Made by a program: the position numbers and the translations under genes. Shown here one piece after another: positions 47,966 through 61,671 of a DNA stretch of 64,000 nucleotides (positions are counted from its first letter, which is position 1; the number at the start of each line of letters is the position of its first letter). The notes under the pieces are model-generated. The model searched no databases. It was not told where the DNA came from and was given only the letters and a program-made list of their open reading frames with translations. The stretch spans positions 45,322,001 to 45,386,000 of the forward strand of contig OZ024746.1 of NCBI GenBank assembly GCA_964016885.1, given 5' to 3'. This stretch comes from Eledone cirrhosa. Its lineage: Eukaryota.

Positions 47966-49834
47966 ATAACGAAGGAAATGTGGTAAGGAACCAGGTGGAC
48001 CATAACGCACCAAAGTACTCAATACTTGAGGTAGTAGAGTGGGTAATAGGAACCAGTAAGACCCCGACAGCTGAGCTCAAGCCGTTTCGACGGCTAATTC
48101 TGGACTAAATGAACATTTATCCTGGTATTTAAATAGCCGATCTTCTCAAGGGGTAATTCCATATATGGTCAAAGTGATTGTCAAAAATCAGTAGTAATTC
48201 TGTGGTTGCAAATTAGTAGGGGAGATGGTGGCTAAACCTGCCAGTAGGAGAAAGAGGGGAGGGGGTGGAGTAGACCCAATCAAGCGTTGGTAGTGCCAGC
48301 TACAGCTGGGCATGAGGTCAAAGAAGATACAGGGGAGGGGGAGGGGGAGGAAGTCGGAACGGTAGGTAGAACAATGGGGGGTAAAAATAGGAAAGAAAAA
48401 ATACTGAGAGTGAAGAAAAGCAAATAAGTGTAAAGAAAAAATTAAATTCTACGACCTAGGTGTCAGGCTATTGTTAGGCGAGAATAAAATAAAGAAAGAA
48501 AGAAAGAAGTAAATAAATAAATAAATAAATAAATAAGGAAATAAGTAAAAGAACTAGGTGGGACGAATTAGGCAAGGACCCTTTTAAGAGGTATAAGTAC
48601 GTAAATGATACGGTGACTGGTCAACAAAAGGGGCCAAAATACTAAAGAGACTACCACGAAATAAACAATAAAGGTTTCCATCCCGGGCCAGCAACGACCC
48701 AGTGCAGCAAAGTGAACTTGTACGACATAATAATTCTGAGTCCCGGGAAAAATATATACTAATGCTAACTCTAAAAGATCTAAAACAAGCTACATGAAAG
48801 TTCGTACGAAATAAAGGTAGAATACGGAGAAATAAGTTCAGAATCCACCCCGCCCAGAAGAAAAGCGAAGCAAGAAATACTGAAACGAAAAAATAAGGCA
48901 TAAGTGCCACTAAGAAATATAGAGGGCACAGAGAATAGTGGGAGCGGTCTGTGCCCTCTATATTTCTTAGTGGCACTTATGCCTTATTTTTTCGTTTCAG
49001 TATTTCTTGCTTCGCTTTTCTTCTGGGCGGGGTGGATTCTGAACTTATTTCTCCGTATTCTACCTTTATTTCGTACGAACTTTCATGTAGCTTGTTTTAG
49101 ATCTTTTAGAGTTAGCATTAGTATATATTTTTCCCGGGACTCAGAATTATTATGTCGTACAAGTTCACTTTGCTGCACTGGGTCGTTGCTGGCCCGGGAT
49201 GGAAACCTTTATTGTTTATTTCGTGGTAGTCTCTTTAGTATTTTGGCCCCTTTTGTTGACCAGTCACCGTATCATTTACGTACTTATACCTCTTAAAAGG
49301 GTCCTTGCCTAATTCGTCCCACCTAGTTCTTTTACTTATTTCCTTATTTATTTATTTATTTATTTATTTACTTCTTTCTTTCTTTATTTATTTTATTCTC
49401 GCCTAACAATAGCCTGACACCTAGGTCGTAGAATTTAATTTTTTCTTTACACTTATTTGCTTTTCTTCACTCTCAGTATTTTTTCTTTCCTATTTTTACC
49501 CCCCATTGTTCTACCTACCGTTCCGACTTCCTCCCCCTCCCCCTCCCCTGTATCTTCTTTGACCTCATGCCCAGCTGTAGCTGGCACTACCAACGCTTGA
49601 TTGGGTCTACTCCACCCCCTCCCCTCTTTCTCCTACTGGCAGGTTTAGCCACCATCTCCCCTACTAATTTGCAACCACAGAATTACTACTGATTTTTGAC
49701 AATCACTTTGACCATATATGGAATTACCCCTTGAGAAGATCGGCTATTTAAATACCAGGATAAATGTTCATTTAGTCCAGAATTAGCCGTCGAAACGGCT
49801 TGAGCTCAGCTGTCGGGGTCTTACTGGTTCCTAT

Positions 49835-49836
<2 letters not shown>
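47966..49836. mobile_element. Family F giant fold-back: ~889-bp arms (48044-48932 / 48948-49836), 15-nt spacer
   Basis: Mirror coordinates sum to 97880 at the ends, centre and ribozyme. A hammerhead lies on each arm. Confidence 0.9.
49726..49819 (+). ncRNA. Type I hammerhead with U3:A8 core variant (family F); mirror at 48061-48154(-)
   Basis: ACCCC-TTGAGAA-GA(T)CGGCTA...TAGCCGTC-GAAA-CGGCT(TGAGCTC)AGCTG-TC-GGGGT, GUC triplet. Confidence 0.8.
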
Positions 49837-49916
<80 letters not shown>

Positions 49917-49928
49917 ATATATATTATG

Positions 49929-49960
<32 letters not shown>

Positions 49961-49964
49961 ATAT

Positions 49965-49998
<34 letters not shown>

Positions 49999-50042
49999 AT
50001 ATATTATATATATATATATATATTATATATATATATATATAT

Positions 50043-50074
<32 letters not shown>

Positions 50075-50260
50075 ATATTATATATATATATATATATATT
50101 ACATATATATATATATATTATATATATATATATATTATATATATATATTTATTATATATATATATATATATATTATTCAAAACAACAATATATATATATA
50201 TATATTATTATAAATATATATATTATTATTATATATATATATATATTATTATATATATAT

Positions 50261-51156
50261 TGTTATACTTTGGGAGGGTCATGTTGCCAATAAGAAACAC
50301 ACGCACCAGTTGCTTTCACTTCAATTTATTATATATTTATAAATTTATAAATTTACAAATCTACAAACTTATAAATTTCTGGTTGGTTGGTTGGTTCCAC
50401 AACCAGATAGTTGTTTATATATAGTCATAGACCTTTCGTCACACACTCTGTGACCTCTTCAGTGACTGGGGATTCCTTTCTTTGTTTCTGTGCCTTTCCT
50501 TTCTTCTATCCTACGCCATTTTGTTTCTGTGTGTGTGTTGTGTGCTCAGTTTGCGCATGCGCCACATCCGGGTGTCTGTGTGTGTTTGTGTGTGTTTTCA
50601 TTTTGTCCTTAATTGTAAGTTGTGATGTTGCTGTTCCACTCATATTTTCTATTCAATTTTGGTTGTAATTCTTTTATGCTTACTGCCTCTGTAATTTGCC
50701 TAAACATTGCATCTTTTCTGTGTGTGGATTCTATTTTTATTTCTATGTTCTCTAATCTACCCCTGTGTTCTATCTTAAAATGTTGGTAGAGCACAGATGA
50801 TTCTTTCTTATAAACTGAGCACACAACACACACACAGAAACAAAATGGCGTAGGAAAGGAAAGGCACAGAAACAAAGAAAGGAATCCCCAGTCGCTGAAG
50901 AGGTCACAGAGTGTGTGACGAAAGGACTATGACTATATATAAACAATTATCTGGTTGTGGAACCAACCAACCAACCAGAAATTTATAAGTTTGTAGATTT
51001 GTAAATTTATAAATTTATAAATATATAATAAATTGAAGTGAAAGCAACTGGTGCGTGTGTTTCTTATTGGCAACATGACCCTCCCAAAGTATAACAATAT
51101 CGGTTTCAACACACGATTTCAGATAAAGAATCTTACTAAACAAATTCAGAAACGAT
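50261..51156. mobile_element. Family J Penelope-like 3' end (GIY-YIG tail + hammerhead) with inverted partner
   Basis: - strand 50609-50812 encodes SSVLYQHFKIEH..RQITEAVSIKELQPKLNRKYEW. Hammerheads at 50423-50467(-) and 50890-50934(+): AGTCG-CTGAAGA-G-GTCACA(GAGTG)TGTGAC-GAAA-G(GA)C-TA-TGACT. Confidence 0.82.
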
Positions 51157-51293
51157 ATATATATATTATTATTATATATATATACATATTATTATATATA
51201 TATATATATATTATTATATATATATTATTATATATATATATATATTATTATATATATATATATATTATATATATATATATTATATATATATAT

Positions 51294-51360
<67 letters not shown>

Positions 51361-51721
51361 ATATATATATAAACATTATATATATATATATATTATATAT
51401 ATATATTTATTATATATATATATATATATTATATATATATATATATATCATTCAAAACAACAAACAGCGAAGGACGCGTTCCGGACTTGTCCGACAGACA
51501 ACCTTTTCCCCAACCCCGGAAAAAAAACCCAGTTGATGGATGTGAATCCGAAATATATAGGGATTATTAAATCTCTCCCAAGGTAACTCTCTCTTGTGTT
51601 GTTATTTCTATTTTATCCTTTATACTCTTCCCTTCATTCTACACATCTCACATATCTTATACACACCACGCATCTCAACGTACACCCACTTACATATATA
51701 TATATTATATATATTTATATA

Positions 51722-51811
<90 letters not shown>

Positions 51812-51812
<1 letters not shown>

Positions 51813-52927
51813 GAAAAGTGTAATTTACTACACAAAACGAAGGTTATAGAGAAAATTGAGGTTGGTAATGGCACATGGAATATATAAGAGACAGAATACT
51901 TTTTTGTGAAAAAACATATAATTTTATAAGGTAAGGAAATAATAAAGGGTATAAAAAATGACCGGTTTCGATGGGTCTGCAAAAGCCATCTTTTCAAATG
52001 TTGATTAATATTAAGAAATCCGGGACGCTAGCACAAGAAAAATCCCCTTGAGCAGCCATATTGCGAACTGCGCAGGAATGACACTACCCAACTTTTGAAA
52101 TCTTCCCCTTCTACAAGTGCTCAGATTCGTTCACACAGCAACAAAGAATAAACAAAGAAAATCTATTCCTTAACAAATTTAAACCAAAACTAAACGGGTT
52201 ATCACCCCAATAGAATTGTCATAAAATATAAACACACATATGCACGGAATCACTACTATTAAAGACCAGAGACCAATTCTGTAGAATCAGGTTTATTCGT
52301 TGACAGACCATGCTTTGTGTGACCAACACATCCATGTTAAACCCTGCACGTGCACACACATATATCTATATATATATATGCGCACACAGAATTCACCACT
52401 GTCGGTTGCGGGGCCCAATCTACATGAAGAACTCAATGTGATCAGAATGACTTGTATTTTAATTTCACTGCCCTAACTTCTTATATTATGGAAACAATAT
52501 ATGTGTATGTATGTATATATATATATTTGGAGGCCATTTCTCTGTGTGTGGGTGTATGTATGTGTATATGTGTGTGTGTGTATGTGTGTGAATGTGGATG
52601 TGTGTATTGTGTGTGCGTGTGTGTGTGTGTGTGTATGTATGTGTGTATCTGGATGTATGCGTATGTGTATATATATATGTGTGTGTGTGTGTATATATAT
52701 ATGTGTGTGTATGTGTATATATGTGTGTGTGTGTGTGTGTTTGTATGTGTGTATGTATATATATGTGTGTGTGTATGTATGTGTGGGTGTGTGTATATAT
52801 GTGTATGTATATGTGTGTATATATATGTATGTACACATATATATATATATATATGTGTATGTGTGTGTGTGTGTATGTATGTGTGTATCTGGATGTATCT
52901 GGATGTATGTGTATGTATATATATATA

Positions 52928-52960
<33 letters not shown>

Positions 52961-53035
52961 GTGTGTGTATGTGCATATATGTGTGTGTGTATGTGTGTAT
53001 GTATATGTATGTGTGTGTGTATGTATGTGTGTATA

Positions 53036-53070
<35 letters not shown>

Positions 53071-53582
53071 ATTTATATATGTATATGTATGTATGTGTGG
53101 ATGAAGGTATGTGTGTATATATAGTGGTAAGTGCACTAAATCCCTTTGTATCAATCTCCCCTCTCCTACCGAGCACAGGAAGATATATGTATGTATATTG
53201 CTTCCACCCCCTAACTGACCAGCAGCTGGCCATCTGGCCATTGCTAAATTTGACCTTTATAAAATAACCCACACCCCCAAATAACTTCTCATTCACTACC
53301 AGAAGCAGTCAACGAGCTGCTACCAAGATGAAAACTACTATGAAATCCCACAATGAATTTTATACTTGAATTTTCAAATCTCAAATTTTAACTCTTCTTA
53401 TTATTAATTTTTCTTAATATTAATCAACATTTGAAAAGATGGCTTTTGCAGACCCATCGAAACCGGTCATTTTTTATACCCTTTATTATTTCCTTACCTT
53501 ATAAAATTATATGTTTTTTCACAAAAAAGTATTCTGTCTCTTATATATTGCATGTGCCATTACCAACCTCAATTTTCTCTAT
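51812..53582. mobile_element. Family L Penelope-like 3' end on + (GIY-YIG tail ~52040-52213, microsatellite-containing UTR, hammerhead) with inverted 3' end at 51812-52017
   Basis: TRKIPLSSHIANC..F/EIFPFYKC..QRINKENLFLNKFKPKLN. 51844-52017 is the reverse complement of ~53410-53582. Confidence 0.78.
53426..53473 (+). ncRNA. Minimal hammerhead with U3:A8 core (family L); mirror at 51955-52002(-)
   Basis: AACAT-TTGAAAA-GATGG..CCATC-GAAA-CCGG-TC-ATTTT: palindromic ACCGGT, GUC triplet, weak stem I. Confidence 0.7.
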
Positions 53583-53644
53583 ATATATATTATATATATA
53601 TATATATTATACATATATATATATTACATATATATATATATATA

Positions 53645-55315
53645 TGAAGGCGAACTAGCCAGTTTTAGAATTCCCTTTTTCGGACTATATTACTGTGAGA
53701 GCCCTGGTTTTCTGTTGAGCTCTGCTGATGAATGATATTCCAACCGTGACCATCTCCACTGAAAGTTTTCATGAAATAGTCTTTTAAGACTATACAGAGC
53801 ATTTGATGTTATTCCAAATTGAAGGATAAGTGTTTCAAACTTTGTTTTATCATGAGTTAAAGGTCTATAGATTTTTCCATGGATTTTACTAAATTCTGTG
53901 GACGAATTTGTATCCTGATTCTCTTTTGAGATGAGTTTGAGTTATTTTTCCTAAATCTTTCGTTAACTACTTTTCCCATCTTGACGTTATAGTCGCATAT
54001 ATGTTATAGAATGCCGTTAGCTTCTTGCTAAAACAATCTCTATACGTCTCATTTATATTTATACTCGGATTCTTTTCCTAGAGTGCTTAAACTATCTGTG
54101 ACTAATCCCGGTTTTTTTCATAAAAACTGTGATAATTATTGCTATTTTGCTGAACTCCTTGTAGAGTTTTTTTCAGAATGTATTTGACTGCTATTTCTTG
54201 TAAATAAACATTCACTTCCATCCTGACGTCACTAGCCCCGTTTTTTCCTCATGTGCTTTTTCATAAATACACATGAAGGCGAACTAGCCAGTTTTAGAAT
54301 TCCCTTTTTCGGACTATATTACTGTGAGAGCCCTGGTTTTCTGTTGAGCTCTGCTGATGAATGATATTCCAACCGTGACCATCTCCACTGAAAGTTTTCA
54401 TGAAATAGTCTTTTAAGACTATACAGAGCATTTGATGTTATTCCAAATTGAAGGATAAGTGTTTCAAACTTTGTTTTATCATGAGTTAAAGGTCTATAGA
54501 TTTTTCCATGGATTTTACTAAATTCTGTGGACGAATTTGTATCCTGATTCTCTTTTGAGATGAGTTTGAGTTATTTTTCCTAAATCTTTCGTTAACTACT
54601 TTTCCCATCTTGACGTTATAGTCGCATATATGTTATAGAATGCCGTTAGCTTCTTGCTAAAACAATCTCTATACGTCTCATTTATATTTATACTCGGATT
54701 CTTTTCCTAGAGTGCTTAAACTATCTGTGACTAATCCCGGTTTTTTTCATAAAAACTGTGATAATTATTGCTATTTTGCTGAACTCCTTGTAGAGTTTTT
54801 TTCAGAATGTATTTGACTGCTATTTCTTGTAAATAAACATTCACTTCCATCCTGACGTCACTAGCCCCGTTTTTTCCTCATGTGCTTTTTCATAAATACA
54901 CATGAAGGCGAACTAGCCAGTTTTAGAATTCCCTTTTTCGGACTATATTACTGTGAGAGCCCTGGTTTTCTGTTGAGCTCTGCTGATGAATGATATTCCA
55001 ACCGTGACCATCTCCACTGAAAGTTTTCATGAAATAGTCTTTTAAGACTATACAGAGCATTTGATGTTATTCCAAATTGAAGGATAAGTGTTTCAAACTT
55101 TGTTTTATCATGAGTTAAAGGTCTATAGATTTTTCCATGGATTTTACTAAATTCTGTGGACGAATTTGTATCCTGATTCTCTTTTGAGATGAGTTTGAGT
55201 TATTTTTCCTAAATCTTTCGTTAACTACTTTTCCCATCTTGACGTTATAGTCGCATATATGTTATAGAATGCCGTTAGCTTCTTGCTAAAACAATCTCTA
55301 TACGTCTCATTTATA
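53645..55315 (+). mobile_element. Family E hammerhead tandem repeat (629-bp unit, ~2.65 near-identical copies)
   Basis: GAAGGCGAACTAG at 53646, 54275 and 54904. Hammerheads start at 53719, 54348 and 54977. Confidence 0.9.
53719..53800 (+). ncRNA. Full type I hammerhead (family E)
   Basis: GCTCTG-CTGATGA-ATGA...TCAT-GAAA-TAGTCT(TTTA)AGACTA-TA-CAGAGC; predicted cleavage after 53794. Confidence 0.9.
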
Positions 55316-55330
55316 TATATATTATATATA

Positions 55331-55417
<87 letters not shown>

Positions 55418-55433
55418 ATATATATTATATATA

Positions 55434-55476
<43 letters not shown>

Positions 55477-55539
55477 ATATATATTATATATATATATATT
55501 ATATATATATATATATATTATATATATTATATATATATG

Positions 55540-55589
<50 letters not shown>

Positions 55590-56713
55590 ATATAAGATCA
55601 AAAGATGGTTAAAGGAGTTCCATGTATTTTATTATGCGCATTTCAAAAACAAACATCATCATGCAATAATATTTGTGTTTTCATCAGATAAAACAAGAGA
55701 ACATGATATGATGGCTAAAAAACACTTGTGGATAGTGCAGTTTTAAATCAACATATGAAAAGTGGTTTTAGATTGATGTGTGATATTGGGAAAAAAATAT
55801 TTTATTTAGAGAGGGGGGGGTGGAAAGGATGAAAAGGGAAGGAGATGAGAGGGAGAGATGGGTGATAGAGAGAAAGAGATAGTTTTTATAACTGAGAGGA
55901 GATATATTTTTACATAGAGAGGTTGAAAACCGTTGGAAGATACTGTATAAATTAAAAATTTTGAAAATTAACGAAGGGGGGATATGTGCGAGGAAAAAAT
56001 ATTTTATTTAGGGAGGGGGGGGTGGAAAGGATGAAAAAAAGGGGGAGGAGATGAGAGTGAAGGTGGAGAGGGAGAGATGGGTGATAGAGAGAAAGAGATA
56101 GTTTTTATAACTGAGAAAAAGATATATTGTTTTAACATAGAGAGGTTGGGAACCGTTGGAAGATAATGTATAAATTAAAGGAATTTGAAAATTAACGATG
56201 GGAAATTATGTATGAAGATAGAGAGAAAAAATAATAATTGTGGATGAATGTTCTAACGTCAAAAAAAGAAATGTATGTATTGTGGCAATTTCAAAATTAA
56301 CGAAGAGAAAAATTATTAAGGTTTGTGTGTAGAAGGATTTGAGAAAAATAATGTGAAGTTAAAGTTTGTATATTGGTTGAATTGATAATATATGCGAATA
56401 AAGAGTTAATATGTATTAATAATGAGTTCGTTGATGGGGAGAAAAAAATAATAAATTAAGGATGAAATTGAGATTAAAAAGATTTATGATAGAGAGAAAA
56501 AATAATAATGATTGCGGAAGAATATTCTAAAGTCAAAAAACAACAAATGTGTATGTTATGATTTTACAAGGTGAAGATAGAATGAGGGTAATGAGTAAAC
56601 AAGTATTATAGAGTGTATAATGCCCTTTAAAGTAAGGTAGATGGGTATATTTTAAAGAGGTGTATGTATATGAGCCTTTGAGAAAAGATTCTAAATTGAT
56701 AAAGAATTGAATA

Positions 56714-58541
56714 TTAACTGTATACTTTGTGAAAAGTTCTATGGAATTTATGCAGGCAGATAGAAAACAAATCTGTGCGTCTATTTATTATAGAATCTAG
56801 GTTAGAGATAATGGTAAATTTTTCATTTAGGCAGAGATTACATATTTTAGATAGAGAGCTGTTCAAGTATGAGGATGCAGAAGAAATCTTCTTCCAAAAA
56901 ATGGTATATTTAATGTTTTTGTCTTTTAAGGACCATATGAGTTCTGAGAGAGCAGTGTTAGTTCTTTTAAGTTTGTATTTGAAAGATGAATGATGATTAT
57001 AGAGACGAGCTTTAAAAGAGGTGGAAGTGGAGCCAAAATAGGTGAAGGAATTGGTGCTAGTTATAATTTTACATTCATAAATTAAGTTTTTATCGAGACA
57101 ATGGTTGTTGAGAGGACATTTATTTTTAATGCGGCAGTTGCAATTAGAGAGATTATTAATGAGTGATCTAGTGTTATCTATAGAAGGAATTGGATTGGAG
57201 AAGTTGTTTGCGATAGGAATAATAGGAATAATAGTTTCTTGATTTAGAGTTGGATTATGAACATTTAGCAAAGTTGTGTTTGACGTTGTATTTGGGTTTA
57301 CAGAAGTTAGCCTAGGGTTTACAATGACGTCGGGAGTACTATTACTGTTATTATGAAATTCAATATTGGAAGGAAGAGATTTAGTATTTAGTATTTTATT
57401 GTTGTGTTTAGAGATGATGTTGGAAATATTGGAGGATGTAGAATACAAAAATTTGATGGTGTGTTTGTTAAATATTTTACTATAGATATGTGAGGGAGGG
57501 AAGCATTTATTTAAGGCACTAAAAAATAATTTAGGAATATTGTTATTAATAGAGATGGAGAAAGGAGCATTATACCAGATTATGTTTTTGTATCTAGGTC
57601 TTTTATTAAAATTATTGGAATGGTCATGATTAATTATTCTACTGTAAGTTTTTCTAGAATTTGTTTCTTTACTATATTTGATTTTATCTGGATAGCCGGC
57701 TTTAGAAAGTGCGTTATTATAGTAATTGGCGTTAGCATCAAAGATGTTTTTATTAGAAGATATGTTAGATATTCTATTTCCAATATTATTAACTATAGCA
57801 TTCTTGATATTGGTAGGATGGTTAGATTTAAAGTTAACATAATTAAGGTTCTCATTGTTTTTATGGTAAGGGTAATATAGGCCAGTGTCAAGATTAAGAG
57901 ATACATCCAAGAAATTAGCTAGTTTGATACTATTATCAAATTCAATTTTTAGGTTATGTTGGTTAAAGAGATTACGTATATTGTTCTTAATAATATTAAG
58001 GTTAACTATATTGCAATTTAGGATAGTAAAGAGTCTATCGTCACGATAAATTCCACCGCGAAGTTGAGGAATTTTCCGACTCAAAGAGTTCAAAATGAAG
58101 ATACCAATTAAATCAGTCAATTGGGATGAATCGGATGCTCCCATTGTGATGTCGAAGTTGTTAGAGGTATCGGCTCTGGTCCAATATTCGTTGTTGAACT
58201 CTAGGATGGTTTTACGTGCGGCGAGGATGATGTGAAGTTCATCTGTGGTGATGTCAGAATATTTAAGTGCGAAAGATAGAGCATTATTGAGAAGTGAAGG
58301 CGAAATGGAGGAATAGTAGCTGGCAATATCAAATTGAATAAATTTTAGTTTGTTTTTATTATCCAATTTGTTGAACCAGCCAATCACTTCAGAAGTACCA
58401 AACCATAAATTTAGGTTCAAAGAAGAGCAATTAGAACTAACCTGTGGGATAATTCTATCCAAGATGGCTTTACTAACAACCCCCAGATCAGATTTAGAGG
58501 GGGCGATTAATCTAACAGGTAATTCAGTGCGAAAATCCCTC
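56714..58541 (-). CDS. Penelope-type RT + GIY-YIG endonuclease, open frame, N-terminus truncated
   Basis: PVRLIAPSKSDLG, IQFDIASYYSSI, MGASDSSQLTDLIG, GGIYRDD, SNHP, WYNAPFS, CNCRIKNKCPLNNHC, LIY..YFG, RLYNHH, CNLCLNEK. The first ~28 aa of the listed 636-aa ORF derive from the inverted UTR. Confidence 0.92.
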
Positions 58542-58917
58542 TCCACCTTCACTCTCATCTCCTCCCCCTTTTTTTCATCCTTTCCAGCCTCCCTCCCTAA
58601 ATAAAATATGTTTCCCTCGCACATATCCTCCCTTCGTTAATTTTCAAAATTTTTAATTTATACAGTATCTTCCAACGGTTTTCAACCTCTCTATGTAAAG
58701 AATATATCTCCTCTCAGTTATAAAAACTATCTCTTTCTCTCTATCACCCATCTCTCCCTCTCATCTCCTTCCCTTTTCATCCTTTCCAACCCCCCTCCCT
58801 CTCTAAATAAAATATTTTTTTCCCAATATCACACATCAATCTAAAACCACTTTTCATATGTTGATTTAAAACTGCACTATCCATAAGTGTTTTTTAGCCA
58901 TCATATCATGTTCTCCG

Positions 58918-58986
58918 GTTTTATCTGATGAAAACACAAATATTATTGCATGATGATGTTTGTTTTTGAAATGCGCATAATAAAAT
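58918..58986 (+). ncRNA. Type I hammerhead in P4 3' end
   Basis: GTTTTAT-CTGATGA-AAAC-ACAAATATTATT(GCAT)GATGATGTTTGT-TTTT-GAAA-TGCGCA-TA-ATAAAAT. Confidence 0.85.
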
Positions 58987-59151
58987 ACATGGAACTCCTT
59001 TAACCATCTTTTGATCTTATATTATGCATACTCCAGTCCTACAAACTGTAGAGTGCTTCTTATCCGATATCTGCATTGCTTTATTGTACTACAATAAAAC
59101 TCACCTCCTACATATATATTATATATATATATATATTATATATATATATAT

Positions 59152-59183
<32 letters not shown>

Positions 59184-59187
59184 ATAT

Positions 59188-59219
<32 letters not shown>

Positions 59220-59576
59220 ATTATATATATATATATATATTATATATATATATATTATATGTATATATATATTATATATATATATTATATATATATATAT
59301 TATATATATATATATTATATATATATATATATATTATATATATATGTATTATATATATATATATTATATATATATATATATTATATATATATATTATATA
59401 TATATATTATATATATATATAATATATATATGTATTATATAGATATATTATATATATATATATATTATATATATATATATTATATATATATATATTATAT
59501 ATATATATATTATATATATATATTATATATATATATATTATATATATATATTATATATATATATTATATATATATA

Positions 59577-59713
<137 letters not shown>

Positions 59714-59729
59714 ATATATTATATATAAA

Positions 59730-59769
<40 letters not shown>

Positions 59770-60231
59770 TATATATATATATTATATATATATTTATTAT
59801 ATATATATATTATATATATATATTATACATATATATATTATATATATATATATTATACATATATATATTATATATATATATATTATATATATATATATTA
59901 TATATATATATTATATATATATATATTATATATATATATATATATTATATATATATGTATTATATATATATATATTATATATATATATATTATATATATA
60001 TATTATATATATATATTATATATATATATAATATATATATGTATTATATATATATATTATATATATATATAATATATATATGTATTATATATATATATTA
60101 TATATATATATATTATATATATATTAAATATATATATATTATATATATATATATTATATATATATATTATATATATATATTATATATATATATATTATAT
60201 ATATATTATATATATATATTATATATATATA

Positions 60232-60294
<63 letters not shown>

Positions 60295-60310
60295 ATATAT
60301 TATATATAAA

Positions 60311-60342
<32 letters not shown>

Positions 60343-60613
60343 GTATTATATATATATATTATATATATATTATATATATATATTATATATATATATTATA
60401 CATATATATATTATATATATATATATTATACATATATATATATTATATATATATATTATACATATATATATTATATATATATATATATATTATACATATA
60501 TATATATTATATATATATATATATATATATGTATTATATTATATATATATATTATATATATATATACTATATATACATATATATTATATATATATATATA
60601 TTATATATATATA

Positions 60614-60668
<55 letters not shown>

Positions 60669-60702
60669 ATATATTATATATATTATATATATATATATAT
60701 TA

Positions 60703-60755
<53 letters not shown>

Positions 60756-60884
60756 TATATATATATATATATTATATATATTATATATATATATATATAT
60801 ATATTATATACATATATATTATATATATGTACATATATATTATATATATATATATATATTATATATATATATTATATATATATA

Positions 60885-60941
<57 letters not shown>

Positions 60942-60959
60942 ATATAATATATATGTATA

Positions 60960-61131
60960 TATTGAAGTTGATGTTTATTACGGTATGTCGAATATATTTA
61001 TCTATAAAACTGTTTATATTGTATTTTGTCTGATGAAGGCATAGCATATTGTTAATATGATATCCCCGAAATATATATAATGAAATAAATATGGTTTTAT
61101 AAATATAGTTTTCCATTTATTTAATATTGTA
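60960..61131 (+). mobile_element. Solo P1 3'-terminal fragment with hammerhead, embedded in (TA)n
   Basis: Reverse complement of ~15889-16055. Confidence 0.82.
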
Positions 61132-61388
61132 TATATATTATATATATATATATTATATATATATTTATATATTATATATATTATATATATTATATATATA
61201 TATATATTATATATATTATATATATATATATATATTATATACATATATATTATATATATGTACATATATATTATATATATATATATATATTATATATATA
61301 TATTATATATATATATATATATTATATATATATATTATATATATATATATTATATATATATATATAATATATATGTATATATATATAT

Positions 61389-61420
<32 letters not shown>

Positions 61421-61543
61421 ACATATATATTATATATATATATACATATATATTATATATATATACATATATATTATATATATATACATATATATTATAT
61501 ATATATACATATATATTATATATATATATACATATATATATAC

Positions 61544-61578
<35 letters not shown>

Positions 61579-61671
61579 AACATGTGTATATATATATATA
61601 AACATGTATATATATATATATAAACATGTGTATATATATATATATATATATGTATGTATATGTATATATAT

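Larger units (their letters stand above)
55590..59113. mobile_element. Family P4 Penelope-like element on - (55590-58540) fused head-to-head with an inverted copy of its own 3' end (58537-59113)
   Basis: 58537-59023 is the reverse complement of ~55590-56070, joined through TCCCT microhomology. Hammerheads at 55626-55694(-) and 58918-58986(+). Confidence 0.9.

Noticed and set aside
48584-49296. Twin 130-aa hydrophobic ORFs
   Set aside because: Mirror products of the palindrome crossing its centre; no known motifs.
58542-58624. N-terminus of the 636-aa ORF
   Set aside because: Derived from the inverted 3' UTR fused at 58537; not the native start.
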